Source of the DNA: Schizochytrium sp. TIO01
Lineage: Eukaryota > Protista > Bigyra: Labyrinthulomycetes
NCBI GenBank assembly: GCA_004764695.1
Contig: SMSO01000031.1
Coordinates: forward strand, 7,608,761 to 7,672,760
Length of the DNA: 64,000 bases
Direction of reading: 5' to 3'
Shown here: positions 1-12,950 of the stretch, piece after piece
How the letters are laid out: every line of letters starts with the position of its first letter
Position numbering within the stretch: the first letter of the stretch is position 1
Position numbers and translations under genes: made by a program
Notes under the pieces: generated by a model
Told to the model about the DNA's origin: nothing
Databases searched by the model: none
What the model saw: the letters and a program-made list of their open reading frames with translations, nothing else

Positions 1-3000
1 ATGCGCTTGATTTAGCTTTTCAATTTCACGTTGTAGGACCATACGTAAACCAAATAGATCACCGAATTGCCATACAAGACTATCCTGGCGATTTGAGCTT
101 ATCAAAGCTCCTCCACTGTTTTTATCCATTCGTATTCGATCAATGAGGATGTTGCTGCGTGATGCTCCATCAACAGCACCTTCGATCGCGTGAATTGCCC
201 GAATCCACCAAGACTCGCAATGTTTTGGCGAACCATGAACGGGTTCCATTCGGGATTGAAAGTTATTTAGGCTTGATTTCACATCAACCTCATAGCGCAA
301 CATGAAGCGGTCGCGGATGTCCTTAATTTCTTTACCCATGCGATCGAGATGAAGTTGTTTCATCAGTTGATTTCCAGGAGGAGCTATCATTTTTGTTCCA
401 CTGCTGGTGTCACTGCCTGCATTGCCGATAGCGGAGTTTACTTCATCCGCGGCAGCGGTCGTCGTCTGCACAGAATTTGTTGTTCCCAAGTTCTCTTCAG
501 ATGTCGGTTGGTCAGCAGAAATATGACGCAGCGCCTCTAATGTATGAAGGCGTTGCAACGAGTCTGTTTTACAGATATTATCTTTCTCGTGTTTTGTCAT
601 GAGATTTAAAGCACGCTGATATGTTTCACGGGCCTTTTCCCAGTCTTCCTTGATCAAAAAAATGCCGGCTGAGGCATTTAAATTCATTAAAAGAAGTCTT
701 TGAGCCTCTTCTGTTTCGAGTTTTGCCTTATTCACCAACTGCTGGTAAATCTCACTCATGGTCATAGGCGCATCAGCTGAGCGACCACGTTCTGTAAGAG
801 CAGCCATGTCACTTTCACCTGAAGGCATGCCTTCGTGCCGGCGAGCTTTTTTACGACGATGTCTTCCACCTTGTGCATCTCTAAGGCCAAAGCTTCCTAT
901 CTGAGGGTGGCAGCACGCTTGGCGCAAGCGAAGCAAATGTGGAAGTGCAGTTTCTAATCTTGACTTTCTCTTTCGCCCCAAAGCACCAGCTGGGGCTTCA
1001 GCTGCGAGGCGTGCAACAGCAGCATGCTGATTGTTGTAAAAATGACTCTCGATTGCTGTAAACTTCAGCCGATGAATATGTTCTGTGAGGCTTGGTAAGC
1101 CAAGCTCAGCTTGTACATCTCGCTTAGTATTACGCCACAACAGGCCGTGAAAAGCAGCCACAAGGCGAGCGAACGCGCCGTGACTACGCTGAATGAGGGG
1201 CTGCACAATTGCTGTGTTCCACCAGGCTCTATCACTCAGCACAGGAACGCGAAGAAAGAGAAGCAAACCAAAAAGGTCTTCAAGGCCATGGTTGCCAACA
1301 GGTGTACCTGTTATGCACCAGCGAAAGTGAGCACGGAGGTTCTGTGCCATTTCGGCAGCAGCGGCAGCAGACGACTCCACTTCTTGGGCCTCATCCAGAC
1401 AAACACGGAACCATTTCACTGATGTAAGCGGGGATGCAGCAGCTTGATACTTTTTCCGTTGACGGAATGTAAAACGCCGGGACCCAGCTTGTTTCTCTGC
1501 TGTCTGCACATGATGCACTTCTGAGCGAAGTACATTGTATGTTGTTACAACTACATCAAACTTTGCAAGATGTTGTGGCCAGAGAGGCGCAATCATTGCT
1601 TCATATGTACGTATTGATGATAAGAGTTGAGCATTAAGAGATGCGAGATCACCGCGCCCCTTCTTAACCTTCGTAAAGGCTCGAATAACCGCATTAAGCG
1701 CACGGTCCATGCTGCCAGCAATGTTGCGTGCTCCGTTGTACATCATGACTTTCAATGTTCCTGCATTTGTGTGCTTGTCAATTTCTGAGAGCCATTGCGC
1801 GCCGATAGAAACTGGGCATACAATCAGGGTGCCCTTCACAGCAGGGTGATCAACATTTCGCGTGGCCCGGCACGAAATACATACATGAATCTGCTCACTG
1901 AGTGAGCCCGTCCCCGCTTCAGGATTAACCTCATCCGACCTCTCATAAAGCAGACTGCATAGGACATGCTGCCAGTTACCGCAGTAATGGCACTGAATCG
2001 TGCCTCCAGGCAAGTCAACATCCGAGTGGTTACAGATACACTGAATTTCTTCATTGTCCTCGTGAAGTGGCGGGCCCGGATTTGTCTGAAATGGGTCCAC
2101 GGAGACCGGCAATTTTGATGTCGAGGCAGGGTGTGAAAGGACTAAGCTGATGACCTCTACTGTTTTGCCCAGGCCCATCTCATCCGCAAGGATGCCTCCA
2201 CTTTGATAATTATCAGCATCCCATTCAATTTGTTTTGGATCCATTGAAGTCTGCTCGTGACCATCTCGACAGCACAAACTCGCATTAAAAGGGCAAAATT
2301 GTAGTGAAAGACCGTCTGCACTCATATAATATCCAAAAAAGGGAGCGAACATACTTCCACGGCGGAGCCGATCTGATGAATTAATAGTAAGAGCACCTTC
2401 ATGCTCTAACATCCATCGCACTGCTCGGCGTTGATAAGGCCGCAACACAACAGTAAGGCCACTCGGCAAATACTTTGTTTCGATACCGGTACGATCCTGC
2501 CGGGGTCGAATTTCGGAAAAAAGATCAGTTGGATCAATTACTAAACCGTGCGTAGCAACTGCGAACTTTTGTGTTGACGGTTTTAATTTGAGAAGGGCGT
2601 CTGGAAATGCAACAGTTGTTGAGACCGATCCGGGAAAGAGCCACTCAAAAACAATTGCCATATGACGAATTGACCAGGTTAACGTTTGAAACGTTGGAGA
2701 GCTTGACTGAGCTGCTGCAAGAAGAGAAGAATGGACAATATTTTTGTTCAAGCAAATTTTATATTGAAGAACATCATGGTCCCCTCGCTGAGAAGTACGA
2801 CAATAAATTCGAAGTCTCCCTGACACAATTAGATTACGCAGTGCCTCGAGTTCATCTTCAGAAGCACCCATCCAATACGAGGCGGGGCCACTCACTCTTT
2901 CGACGCCGGAGCGAAAAACACAGAGTAAAACGTCAGCACCCTTTTCTGCTCTCGCCAAGTACAGTTCGAGAGGGCCATCGGATTCCGCACCGTAGTCTAC

Positions 3001-3489
3001 ACTATTTTTTGAACTTTCATGTGGTACTTTTACAAGATGCGAACCAGCCTGTTTCTGGAAATCAAGTTCCACGACAGCAAGGGAAATGTCCTTATTTCCG
3101 TCCCACGGCTCGTCACAGGTGATCAAAGTTTTATTGGCAGGTTTATAGGAGAGTTCATAAGGACTTTTCCTACTTGTAATTGCTTCTGCACCATCTGCCG
3201 CCGCAATTCCGGGAAAGTCCTGATCCTCTTGATCAGAGTGGTCGAGTACCACGACGTCTTCATGATCATCCTCAATCAACCAATCAGGTTTTCGATAGCG
3301 ACCCCGTGACTTGGCATCAAGAAAGCTTTGATTGAAATCATCATCATCCCTTCCGAAAGGGCCGAAACCTTGATCAGCTTGGGCCAAGCGAACCTCGAAT
3401 GCAGCAAGCGCGACAATGTTTCCGGTGCCATCAGACTTAGATCTTGTTGCAGGTAATCGGCCAGGACGAGGCGCCTTTTTACGAGCCAT
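1..3489 (-). CDS. SHPRH: SHPRH-like SNF2 helicase / E3 ubiquitin ligase, continues beyond the left edge of the window
   Basis: Manual translation of the minus frame from ATG at 3489 (MARKKAPRPGR); no stops in the stretches checked, and the frame is still open at base 1. Motifs: LRPYQRRAVRWML, GGILADEMGLGKT (~2161-2200), PHD finger CICNH..QCHYCGNWQHVLC..CISC, DVVVTTYNVLRSEV, SPLTSVKWFRVCLDEAQ, WCITGTPV, LLRLRQACCHPQ. Probably absent from the ORF track because its stop codon lies outside the window. Confidence 0.92.
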   Translation of the reverse strand, partial: MARKKAPRPGRLPATRSKSDGTGNIVALAAFEVRLAQADQGFGPFGRDDDDFNQSFLDAKSRGRYRKPDWLIEDDHEDVVVLDHSDQEDQDFPGIAAADGAEAITSRKSPYELSYKPANKTLITCDEPWDGNKDISLAVVELDFQKQAGSHLVKVPHESSKNSVDYGAESDGPLELYLARAEKGADVLLCVFRSGVERVSGPASYWMGASEDELEALRNLIVSGRLRIYCRTSQRGDHDVLQYKICLNKNIVHSSLLAAAQSSSPTFQTLTWSIRHMAIVFEWLFPGSVSTTVAFPDALLKLKPSTQKFAVATHGLVIDPTDLFSEIRPRQDRTGIETKYLPSGLTVVLRPYQRRAVRWMLEHEGALTINSSDRLRRGSMFAPFFGYYMSADGLSLQFCPFNASLCCRDGHEQTSMDPKQIEWDADNYQSGGILADEMGLGKTVEVISLVLSHPASTSKLPVSVDPFQTNPGPPLHEDNEEIQCICNHSDVDLPGGTIQCHYCGNWQHVLCSLLYERSDEVNPEAGTGSLSEQIHVCISCRATRNVDHPAVKGTLIVCPVSIGAQWLSEIDKHTNAGTLKVMMYNGARNIAGSMDRALNAVIRAFTKVKKGRGDLASLNAQLLSSIRTYEAMIAPLWPQHLAKFDVVVTTYNVLRSEVHHVQTAEKQAGSRRFTFRQRKKYQAAASPLTSVKWFRVCLDEAQEVESSAAAAAEMAQNLRAHFRWCITGTPVGNHGLEDLFGLLLFLRVPVLSDRAWWNTAIVQPLIQRSHGAFARLVAAFHGLLWRNTKRDVQAELGLPSLTEHIHRLKFTAIESHFYNNQHAAVARLAAEAPAGALGRKRKSRLETALPHLLRLRQACCHPQIGSFGLRDAQGGRHRRKKARRHEGMPSGESDMAALTERGRSADAPMTMSEIYQQLVNKAKLETEEAQRLLLMNLNASAGIFLIKEDWEKARETYQRALNLMTKHEKDNICKTDSLQRLHTLEALRHISADQPTSEENLGTTNSVQTTTAAADEVNSAIGNAGSDTSSGTKMIAPPGNQLMKQLHLDRMGKEIKDIRDRFMLRYEVDVKSSLNNFQSRMEPVHGSPKHCESWWIRAIHAIEGAVDGASRSNILIDRIRMDKNSGGALISSNRQDSLVWQFGDLFGLRMVLQREIEKLNQAH

Positions 3490-4048
3490 TTTAACACTCT
3501 CCTTCCTAAGATGTTTTTCCTCAAGGAAGAAAGCTTGACGATTGCTGATTTTCCAAAGTTCAAATTCCACCAAGATCTTTGTTTAGATCTTGCGTCTCAA
3601 CTTATATCTTGTCAAACTTCATAAAATGACTCCAAACAAATAACTCAAGAGTGCTATTTTGAGAGCACTCTTTATTGAGATACCTGATTTTGCAGGGGAA
3701 GTTGATGCTACCCTGAAGCTTCGCGAGCAGTAGCTATGAGAATAAAAACTGTGCGAGCTTAATTGCTAAGAAAATCAACCCGTCTGGATTCCTCAAGTTC
3801 ACTGCGCCGTCATATAAAGAGTTTGCGCCACAGCAAGAGAGTTTCGAGCAAACGGAATGAGTGTCTTTAGGTGGCTCACGCGGGTAAGAGTCTTCACGTC
3901 CAAATGGAAGGTCCTTTGGGTTGCTAGACGGGCCTTGAAAACCGTCTTCGCCGACGTTGCTGCACCTTCGATAGAGAAGAGCCTCTTCAACCCCGATCGT
4001 GTTCTGTCTTGATGCTTTGGAGAGCAACCAAAGAACTCCATTCAGGCC

Positions 4049-4168
4049 AGGATATCCTAGAATGAGCTGATAAAAAGGGTTGTGGAGGATATCCTAGAAT
4101 ATCTCCGTAAAAAGAGTTGTGGAGAATATCCTAGAATATGCCCATAAAAAAGTTGTGGAGGATATCAT
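4049..4168. repeat. 36-37 bp tandem repeat, about 3.3 copies, with palindromic AGGATATCCT core
   Basis: Units start at 4049, 4086, 4123 and 4159: AG(G/A)ATATCCTAGAAT-variable~7nt-TAAAAA(G)RGTTGTGG. Confidence 0.9.
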
Positions 4169-4566
4169 GGACTACGAAGTAAAATTGGTTGCGCAAATAG
4201 CTGATCAGGTGACCTCGGCCTTAGTTCATAGAAAATGCTGCACACCAGTGTAAATTTATGACATTCTGATTTCCAATGATCATAAATACGCCTTGCGGAA
4301 CTACGTACCTAGGTTCTTGTTTGCCTGGTAACATACAAGCCTGAAACTAAGCTCTCTTGCTATACTGCCTTTCAAAGTTCTCTTACAAACAAGACTACTC
4401 GTGGCGTCAGCCCTCTCGAATCGGAACAGGAGTGTAGCTCAATTAGAACGGGTAGTATTATGATAATAGAATTTGTACCTTAAGAATTCATGCATAAAAT
4501 TCGCGTTCATAGGTCCAAGGCTCTTTCTTTTCAATGCTAATCTACCCACCATGAAATTGTTTTCCA

Positions 4567-4686
4567 AATACCCTCGAGGCGGGACAAAAGATGAGAAACC
4601 AACCATGATTCTATACTCGAAAGGAATACCCTCGAGGCGGGAGAAAAGATGAGAAACCAACCATGATTCTATACTCGAAAGGAATA
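4567..4686. repeat. 58 bp direct tandem duplication (2 copies, 1 mismatch)
   Basis: AATACCCTCGAGGCGGGA(C/G)AAAAGATGAGAAACCAACCATGATTCTATACTCGAAAGG at 4567 and 4625. Confidence 0.95.
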
Positions 4687-6116
4687 GAAAGTATAGGCAT
4701 AGGCATCTTGAATAAGAGATTCCAAAAGCCATGGGTAGGGCATGTCCATCCATCCTATACCTTCAAGCACAGAAGGAGTCTGTTCGCTTCTGAGCCAGCA
4801 TGATACACTAGGAGGACTTCTCTATTTTTTATTTGGTCTGATTGTCTGTGCATAATTTGCAGAACTTGCTGGGTAATAATTGTAAGTGCAACGGTGTGTG
4901 CTGAGGGACGGCAGTGTGCACTCGCAAGATGGCGCTAGATTTCAAAAACAAAAATGCTGCTGCTGCTGCTATTGTTAGATTTAGTGACCATTAAACTCTA
5001 CCACCCTAGCCACATCATTCGATTGTCATTGTAAAAGGTAACCCGCAAAAACCAAGTTGATATTTGCGCGGCGAGGAAGGCTTGTCGATTATATCGGCAG
5101 ACAAGTGACTTGGCCATTTATTTTGCGAAGCCGAGAGCAAACAAGGTTTGTGATGAGAAAGTCTTTTGCCTGGTTCAAGTAATGAAACATGTTGTAACTG
5201 TACTACTTGAGTGCGATATGTTTCTTGTTATATTTTCAACAGGACAGTTTTAGTTTTATCATAGTCAATCAAAGCCTAGAAATCATAATCGGTAGCACTG
5301 TGAAACCTATTTTTCTCCAGTTAATGTAACTTCGCGGGCCGTATGGTATGGCCCAGTTTACATCGCGAGATATGAGCCGAGGTTCATAAACATTGTCATC
5401 TAGGGGCTTATGTTGTGCAGGGGTACCTGAGAATATCTTGAGCCTTGTCCGGCTGTTCTCCGTAGCCCTGATATCATTGGTTTATTTGGTGCACACCAGG
5501 TAAAGAGTAAGTATTACGACTTCGGCTTGTCCCTGCCTCCAAGACTGTGGACTTTCGTGGACAGGACGTGTACACGTAGCGAAATCACGAGTTTGTGGCA
5601 TTTTCACGTTGTTCAAATACGACGTACGGGAGCGAGCGAAAATTTGATTTAGACGTCCGTGCTTCAGTGCGGGCCTACGCCGGGTGTCTTTATCCGTGCT
5701 CCCAGGCTGCTAATCCTCCCTGCCATTCTGGGCGTACTCCCATCTCCGCGATCTGCTACTTATGGTGTTTCCTTCCTTCCTTTTTTTATTTTTTTTTTTT
5801 TATATTTTTTATTTATAAATTTAAATACAAAATACAAAAAACCTCATTTTATTTTTTAAAATGTTTTTTAGTTTTAAAAATTAAAGAATAACTAAAGATC
5901 AAGAAACTTTTAATTTCAAAGAAAAAGAAAAAGAAGGTTGCAGAAAAAAGACGAGCGTATGAAATGTTGGGAGTAGTACATTATTGAATGTTGCAAAGAA
6001 ACAAGGGATCCTGACTAGTAGCCTTGGAAGCCAAAGAAACTACACAAATTGCGGTTCTATTTCTATTCAAATCGCAAGGAACTAAAAGTTCAAAGAAAGA
6101 AGTAAAAATAGTACCA

Positions 6117-6492
6117 ATGGCGAAGAAGGAAAAGCCAAGAAGAAAAGGTTACAGAGCTCGTACGCGGAGATGGGCACGTGTTTACGTGCTCAAGCTGGCG
6201 TTTCGAAGACAAACAAGCGCAGAGCAAAGGAGACTTGATCTATCAAAACGACGCACATGCAGGCATGCAGCTGCAGTTCGACCAGATCAGATCACTCAAG
6301 CTTGAACGAGAAGAACCCCAGCAAAGGAGGTTTGTCCTGTTTCTTCAAAGTTCGGGGCATGTGTACCTTTCCTTTTTTAATGGAAGACCATCTATCCGAA
6401 GAGCGAGAATCGAGCTTACTCGCTTACTCACACCTGCAGAACCCCCAAAAGTTGAGCCGATCAAATCGAACATCGTGGTTGAAGCTTCCTGA
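6117..6492 (+). pseudogene. Possible frameshifted gene or orphan exon with a PH-fold-like pattern
   Basis: ATG at 6117 (MAKKEK) is out of frame with an open stretch EEKVTELVRGDGHVF..MQLQFDQIRSLKL..RFVLFLQSSGHVYLSF..RRARIELTRLL. Its strand-then-helix pattern resembles a PH domain by eye only. Confidence 0.3.
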
Positions 6493-9400
6493 TGCATTTG
6501 CCTACCACCCGCCTGTAGAGTCTTGGCGGTCGGCGGCCGGGGAAACAAATCTATTGAGCAAAGATCAGTAGAATGCTATCATGCTGAAGAGTCACAGTCA
6601 TTGCCATCGCCTGTTTAAGCGTCGAGGCAGGTGACTGCATCGAGGTGACTGTCTGAATCTGTTATTTCACTCAAGAAACAGTGTGAAAGAATATGCTATG
6701 CTTTCGTGACAGTTCTTTGGCCTCAATTGTAAGTGATCCAAAGTAAGCGGAGGCCTCTCAGCCATCAACCCACGAGTTTGCAGCACCAAAGCGAATGCCC
6801 TCACGACTATGTTAGGGCAATAGAGTTACGCTCTCTCAAGGGTTCACTCGCTCGCCTTGCATACAATGCAAGGATTGAGCATGGATCCGAAAGGACCTCC
6901 GCAGGGAACTCGGCTAAGAACCAGCATTATATGAAAGGATCCACGGTTCAGCATGTGATACCTGATAAGGATAACTTGCCCTGCTCTGGCCTTCAAGTCA
7001 ATCTTAAACCGCGCCTCTGCAGTAGATAGTTCTTGTCTTGTTTTGTCTTGTCTTGTCATCGTCATCGCCATCGTCGGTGTCCTGCGTGCCTGTAATCGGT
7101 AGGCAGTCAGCCTTCAGGCAAAACCATCAGAAAACGCAAGCATCAGCACGACTAATAAGCAGGTTCTCTCCTGACACGTGTGCGATTTTGTTCCTGCTGA
7201 GAGCGAGTGGGTAGCGGCGTTTGGCTCTGCTTTCGCACAATTGCATCACAGGTCTTGTGGAATTCGAGGCGGGCAACCCGGAGCCATCTACTGCAGCCGG
7301 CCGCCAGCGACCACCTCGAACGAGCCGCGATGCTTTCTTTTCGTGCCACCCAACTCAAGTTTTAAGGTCTTCTTCGAGGAGTTCCTGCATGCAGCCAAGC
7401 GAGAACAGTAGCCCTCTCGGCCTGGAGCGGACCAGAGCTCTCGAGGGCCGAGCCAAGATCTTGCTTTGGCGAGACTCGGTCGGCTGGCGCCGATCCCGGC
7501 GAACAAACAAACAATGATTAGCGTAGGCTTCGAAGGTACAGGAACAGAATTGCGCTAAGATTGTCGCTCACGCTTCCACGAAGCCAATTGAGCTTTGGTC
7601 TGACACCTGGACGAATTTGATTTGGTTCAAGTCTTGGAGCTTGCTTGGGCTTCGCATCAACAGCGATGGCATGCGTGCAAAGAAGGAGCCTTGGCCGCGG
7701 AGCATTTGTTGCTGTAACCTGCTCGAGACCAGGACGGCGACGACACCGGTGTTCGCTGGGCTGACCTCGTAGCGAAGTCTAAGGGAGTTCATGTTGAACT
7801 CTGGCGATTGGTCAGGAGAGCGTCTGGCCTATCTGCCGAATCGTGATTGGATACTGGTGAATGGTTGGCTGATTAGCCACGGCCATCGGAATCAGGGCAT
7901 GACATGCATTGTTTGATGTAAAGGATTCTGATCACGGGTAACGAAGAACGGCCGACGAAGGAAAGCTCAGCCTAGAACTCGTGAATTCGGCTCCCTTGCT
8001 CGGGATCTTTGGGTCAAGTCCGCGGCGATTTCTTTCTTTTGGGAGTGAATTGCTGGAATACCTCAAGTGTGATCTTATGAGTGCTTTTTGAAGACAATGT
8101 GGATCTCTTGCCTTTGCCTTTTGCCGAAGGGCTGAGAATCTCTTTCGAGCAAGGCCAAAAGCTTGCCTCCATGTCAGTGCAAATGCTTCGTTGCAGCAAC
8201 TGTTGTCTTCATAAGAAGATGCCTGCGTTGATTCAAGATCCTTTCATGATAGTACCTACTTATGGTCTATGTTTGGGTGTTCGAAACTTCAACCTTGGTT
8301 ATTATTTCAATCCAAGCGATGCTTGAGCTTCCTGGTCGGCACAGTCAAGCAACATCGGTACAAAATTAAGCTGAGTATTTATTTATTTATTTATTCACTT
8401 ATATATAAATAAACAATTTCCCCCCAAAGAAACAATTTTGTTAAAAAGTACGAAGCATCATTGAATCTCTAGAAACTTCCACTTCTACTACTTTTTTAAT
8501 CCTGCCCTCATGGACAGGCAACACGCGGGCTCAAGAACGCAGAACAGAAGGATTTTCAAAGCTACCTGCATCTAAGGTTGCAGTAAAACAGTCATCAACG
8601 ATCTGCATAACCAGGTATCATTTCTGCCTGAATTTTGAAGTTATCCTTGTAAGTTGTATTTTATGTTTTTCTTCCTTCATCGGTCCCTCACCTGATGCTG
8701 TACGTGCGTCGTTGATGGAGTTCCACCCACAGCCACTGAAGTACCAAGTCATGGGAACTCTCTCTATATAAAATCCCGAGAAACCTGTCCCACAGTAACC
8801 CACACACTCCAGTGTGGGATGTGCTCCTCGATAGCCACCGTTTTTGCTCCTTAAAAGAGTTTTAATACTTTAGTTTTGGAAAGGGGGGAAGTAACATCTA
8901 CTTACCTCAAATACAGGTAATCATTTTTTTAAAATAACAAAATGATACAAAATCGAACTAAAATTGTTCCTTGATATGATAACGCATGGTCAGTCGTTTC
9001 ACCATCAATTTTGACTGTGTCCTATGATAAATCAGTTAAACTTTAAAGCAGCCCAAGATATGCCTTGCAAGCTTCTATTATAATTTCTCTACTCTACTCT
9101 CTTTCACCTTGGGAGATGCATTTTGGTTCTAAGTTGGCTGGAAACGGTGATTGCTTTTCAATATTCCTAGACTCTTCACCACAAAATCTCAATCAATTTC
9201 AAGTCTTAAAGCTGTGCACGCGCTCATAAAGATTGTATTTTCTGCGAGCGCTCAGGGATCTCCGTTCTTTGGGGTCTTGCCGCCAGTCAACAGCAATGTC
9301 TTCCCAAATTGAGTCCTAAGAATCCCCAATCCTCAAAGGATGCTGGCTGTTCGCGTGGTAATTCCGAGCCACTCCGCGTCTCACCGTGCGGCCGTGGCCT

Positions 9401-10020
9401 GGATGCAAGCCTGGACCGCTTCCAGTCGCGCTTATTTCCGCGCCTGGTTTGGTTGCTGCTGCTTCGCTAGGATGATGATACCTCAGTTGAGTGAGCTCTT
9501 AGTCTGTACACAAACTTGAGAACTAAATTTGGAATTGGGCGAACTTCAACTTGGATGAACAAACTTGAGCGAATTGAGCAACGAGGTACCGAGTCCATTC
9601 TTATAACATCACGTGTGTAGCTGTGCCTGAGAGCTTAGGTTGCACTTTTTTGAAGACTACAGAGTAATGAGTTATCTTCTGGAAATTCATTGTTGATAAT
9701 AATCCAGCCAGATACACTAACACTGCCAGTGGTAGGTAGAGCTCACCCGACGCAACTAATTACTGGGTAAAGGTGAGGAAAAGCGGTAGCCTCCTTGAGC
9801 GACCAGGACTGAACTCAATCAATGGATGAAGGCCGATTAGATCGAACCGGGGCATTGCAGCTGACGCAGCCAGTAAACAAAGCAAAGCAAAGATCTTTCA
9901 AGCACTTGGTTGAACATGTGATTGGTCCCGGTGTTGAACATTACTGCTCCTGCGAAGTCACAAGGCTCGAAGATCTCGCAGGGCATTAAATTAGAGTACG
10001 AGTGTTTGGCTCCTGAGTTG

Positions 10021-10306
10021 AACCAACCAACCAACCAAACAAACAAACAAACAAACAAACAAACAAACAAACAAACAAACAAACAAACAAACAAACAAAC
10101 AAACAAACAAACAAACAAACAAACAAACAAACAAACAAACAAACAAACAAACAAACAAACAAACAAACAAACAAACAAACAAACAAACAAACAAACAAAC
10201 AAACAAACAAACAAACAAACAAACAAACAAACAAACAAACAAACAAACAAACAAACAAACAAACAAACAAACAAACAAACAAACAAACAAACAAACAAAC
10301 AAACAA
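10021..10306. repeat. (AACC)4 followed by a long perfect (AAAC)n microsatellite, about 67 units
   Basis: Directly visible. Confidence 0.99.
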
Positions 10307-10756
10307 AGACAACTAGGAAGCAAAAAAGGAAGCAAAGAATAAAGCAAAGACCAAAGTACCTACAATCACAAGCAGCTGCTTTCGAAAGCTAACCTGATAA
10401 CTTCAGCCAATTCGCCATCCATTGGCTGCCTCCCTTGGCTAGCCTTCTTTCATGTTTCTTCACCCCTTAGGCCGGCGCTAGAAGGCGCGATGTTTAACGC
10501 ATCAATGCCGCTCTATGGCTCCTGATATCGAATGGTACCATCTTCTGCACGACCAGGCAACTTGAACCAACCATTGCTTTGAGTCGAGTTTATGAGTTTA
10601 TGCTCCAGTGAGGATTTAGCCTCTATTAACCTCTTTTCTAAGATCAACTATCCACTAGTAGCTAGCTAACTATCATCTACTTTGTTTTTATCGAGCTACA
10701 CTGATTTTAATTTATCACCAATCAGAGTGATGACGATTCATAACGATAAGAGGGCA

Positions 10757-10798
10757 TCATGTGATGCTCAACTTGCATGTGATGCTCAACTTGCATGT
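10757..10798. repeat. 18 bp tandem duplication CATGTGATGCTCAACTTG
   Basis: About 2.3 copies directly visible. Confidence 0.9.
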
Positions 10799-12705
10799 GC
10801 CGACCCCACAGTGTGTGCCAGTACAGCTTTAATGTGCGGGTCACGTGTTGCAGTCACGTCTCTTCTCGACGCACCGTTCATCTACAGAAAATATTAGCAC
10901 CTTATTAGGAGTCTAGCGCTTCTTTATTCCTATACTCCTTTCTTTTCAATATTCCTTTCTTCTTTACAATGTTTCTTAAAAAAACATTTTTAAATAAAGC
11001 AAAAACTATAAAACCATTCTTTTTTTTTTTGTTCAAAGGTGAGTAAATAAATTCTTCTATTTATTTCAAAAGGCCCTTGGCCTTCAACCAATACCTTCTA
11101 CAATGTGGGGTTCAACCGTCTGGTCTTGCATACTAAAAAGCAAAGGAAACAGTGGAGTACATAGGCACTTGCGCAGACAGACAGTGACAATAAGTGCTTC
11201 AGCAGCGGCTGTGCCCTCTCTGAGCCGCTTCAGGCCGTTTGTGAGAGGTCTGCAAGGGAACAGGGTATTAAAAATGAATGCAGATTTGGTCATGCAGGTC
11301 ATTACCAAATTAAATTTGCGAAGTCACAACTTCAATCATTCACTTCCTGACCATTTCTTTTGGACATATCGAACACTCGAATTTCATGGCCCTGGGAGGG
11401 AGTACGCGAGCTACCTCGCAGGATTCTCCAAACTAGGCCTTGACAAAGAGAGGGCATCAGGTTTTGGCAATAAACGTGAGATTCGAAAGGCAAGGGTCAA
11501 ATCATTCGGGTGGCCAAGTGTTGAGGTTACAAGAGTACAGATATGGGCAGACAAAGAGTGGTGTATGGGTTCGGAGGTGAGACACGACTTGAATTAGGTC
11601 AGCAAATATTAAGCATGGGCACCAGAAGAGTCTCGGAGAACTTGAGAAGAGTGAGATGTGCTTGCTTACATTTTGGTATTGAACCTCTTGGCCTGTGCTG
11701 TCCAATCACCTGCTTGGGCTTTCTGAGGTGGCTTTGTTTGCATTCCTTTCGAGAGATCATTAAAGCACATTGTAGGTGTTGTATCGAAGGTTTCAGATGA
11801 TGATGATCTGGCCATAGGTGCAGCGGAATAGAAAAGTCCATGCGAATTCATAAGACCTTTCCGAGCCTATACCCCAGAAAATTGTGGAATCTTTGGCTCC
11901 TCACGAGAACCTTGCCAACTCTCACGAAGTCCACCTTGAGCGACCTCAGTCAAGAAGGCTTGAGCATAAGTGTTCAACAAAAGACTACCAGCATACGTTA
12001 TGACCATGCAAGATTGGATGTCGCCATGATGTTCCTGGCTCGCTAAAATCTCTCCCGATAGTCGCTCGAGAACCTTCACAATGTCAACTGCGGCCCTGGC
12101 TAAATCAAGCCGGATTCAGTTGCGCCTTCTCGACTTGCTTAAATTCGTATTTATGCTTTCAACAGGATGTTTGTCTCATCGCGAACTTGATTGCTTCGCT
12201 CACGTGCAGTCACGAATTTTGAATACGAGTCGCTCTTTTCATTTCTTGTTCTCCGAGTTCTTCGCAGTTTCTTTCCTATATTAAAAAAAAGGTTTTAAAA
12301 GTGTTTTTATTTATAAGTTTTTCTGAAGAGTGTTGTATTTGTTTTTATTCGTTTGTTTGTTTTCTAAATCAAGAAAAGCAACCTACTTATCGTTTACCAG
12401 TACAGGTAGGTAGATAGGTAGGTACCTACAATTGTATATTGCTATTCAAAATTTATTCGTGGTCAAGCACTCTGAAGTCTTCAGGAAATGCTCCTTTGCT
12501 CCTTCGAAATTCGTGCCACTCTTTTCATAACTGCTCAGCTGATGATGGCGACCTCGGTAAGTTCTCCTTCGCAGCAACGATTTCGCCTGCGACCCGTGAC
12601 GTTCACTGCTACCACGCAACCAACCAGCCACTCATGTCTTTCTTTAGCTTTAAGCCGTGCCAATCCCAATCATGTGACTCCGAGGCGATTGGTCAATCAT
12701 TCGTT

Positions 12706-12728
12706 CAATTACAATCAATCAATCAATT

Positions 12729-12760
<32 letters not shown>

Positions 12761-12950
12761 ACATTCATCACACTCTCGCTCTTTTCCTGCATCTCTAACT
12801 AAAAGAATGGAAGCCGGCAACTTGAAGATAGTGGGAAGGAAATAGAAGAGCTTCCACAAATAATCCACATTCCACTATGGAGGCACTGACTGCCATCATC
12901 GTTCATCGTTCATTCATTCATTCATTCATTCATTCTTTCATTCTTTCATT
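12706..12950. repeat. Short (TCAA)n (12706-12758) and (TTCA)n (about 12901-12950) microsatellites
   Basis: Directly visible. Confidence 0.85.

Noticed and set aside
1-3489. Non-standard genetic code or pseudogene to explain the missing long ORF
   Set aside because: The minus frame reads open in the standard code wherever checked; it simply lacks a stop inside the window. The short ORFs listed here are shadows of SHPRH.
4049-4168. CRISPR array
   Set aside because: The variable part is only about 7 nt, there are about 3 units, no cas genes, and the context is eukaryotic.
9837-10392. ORFs of FVCL/QTNK repeats
   Set aside because: Translations of the (AAAC)n microsatellite.
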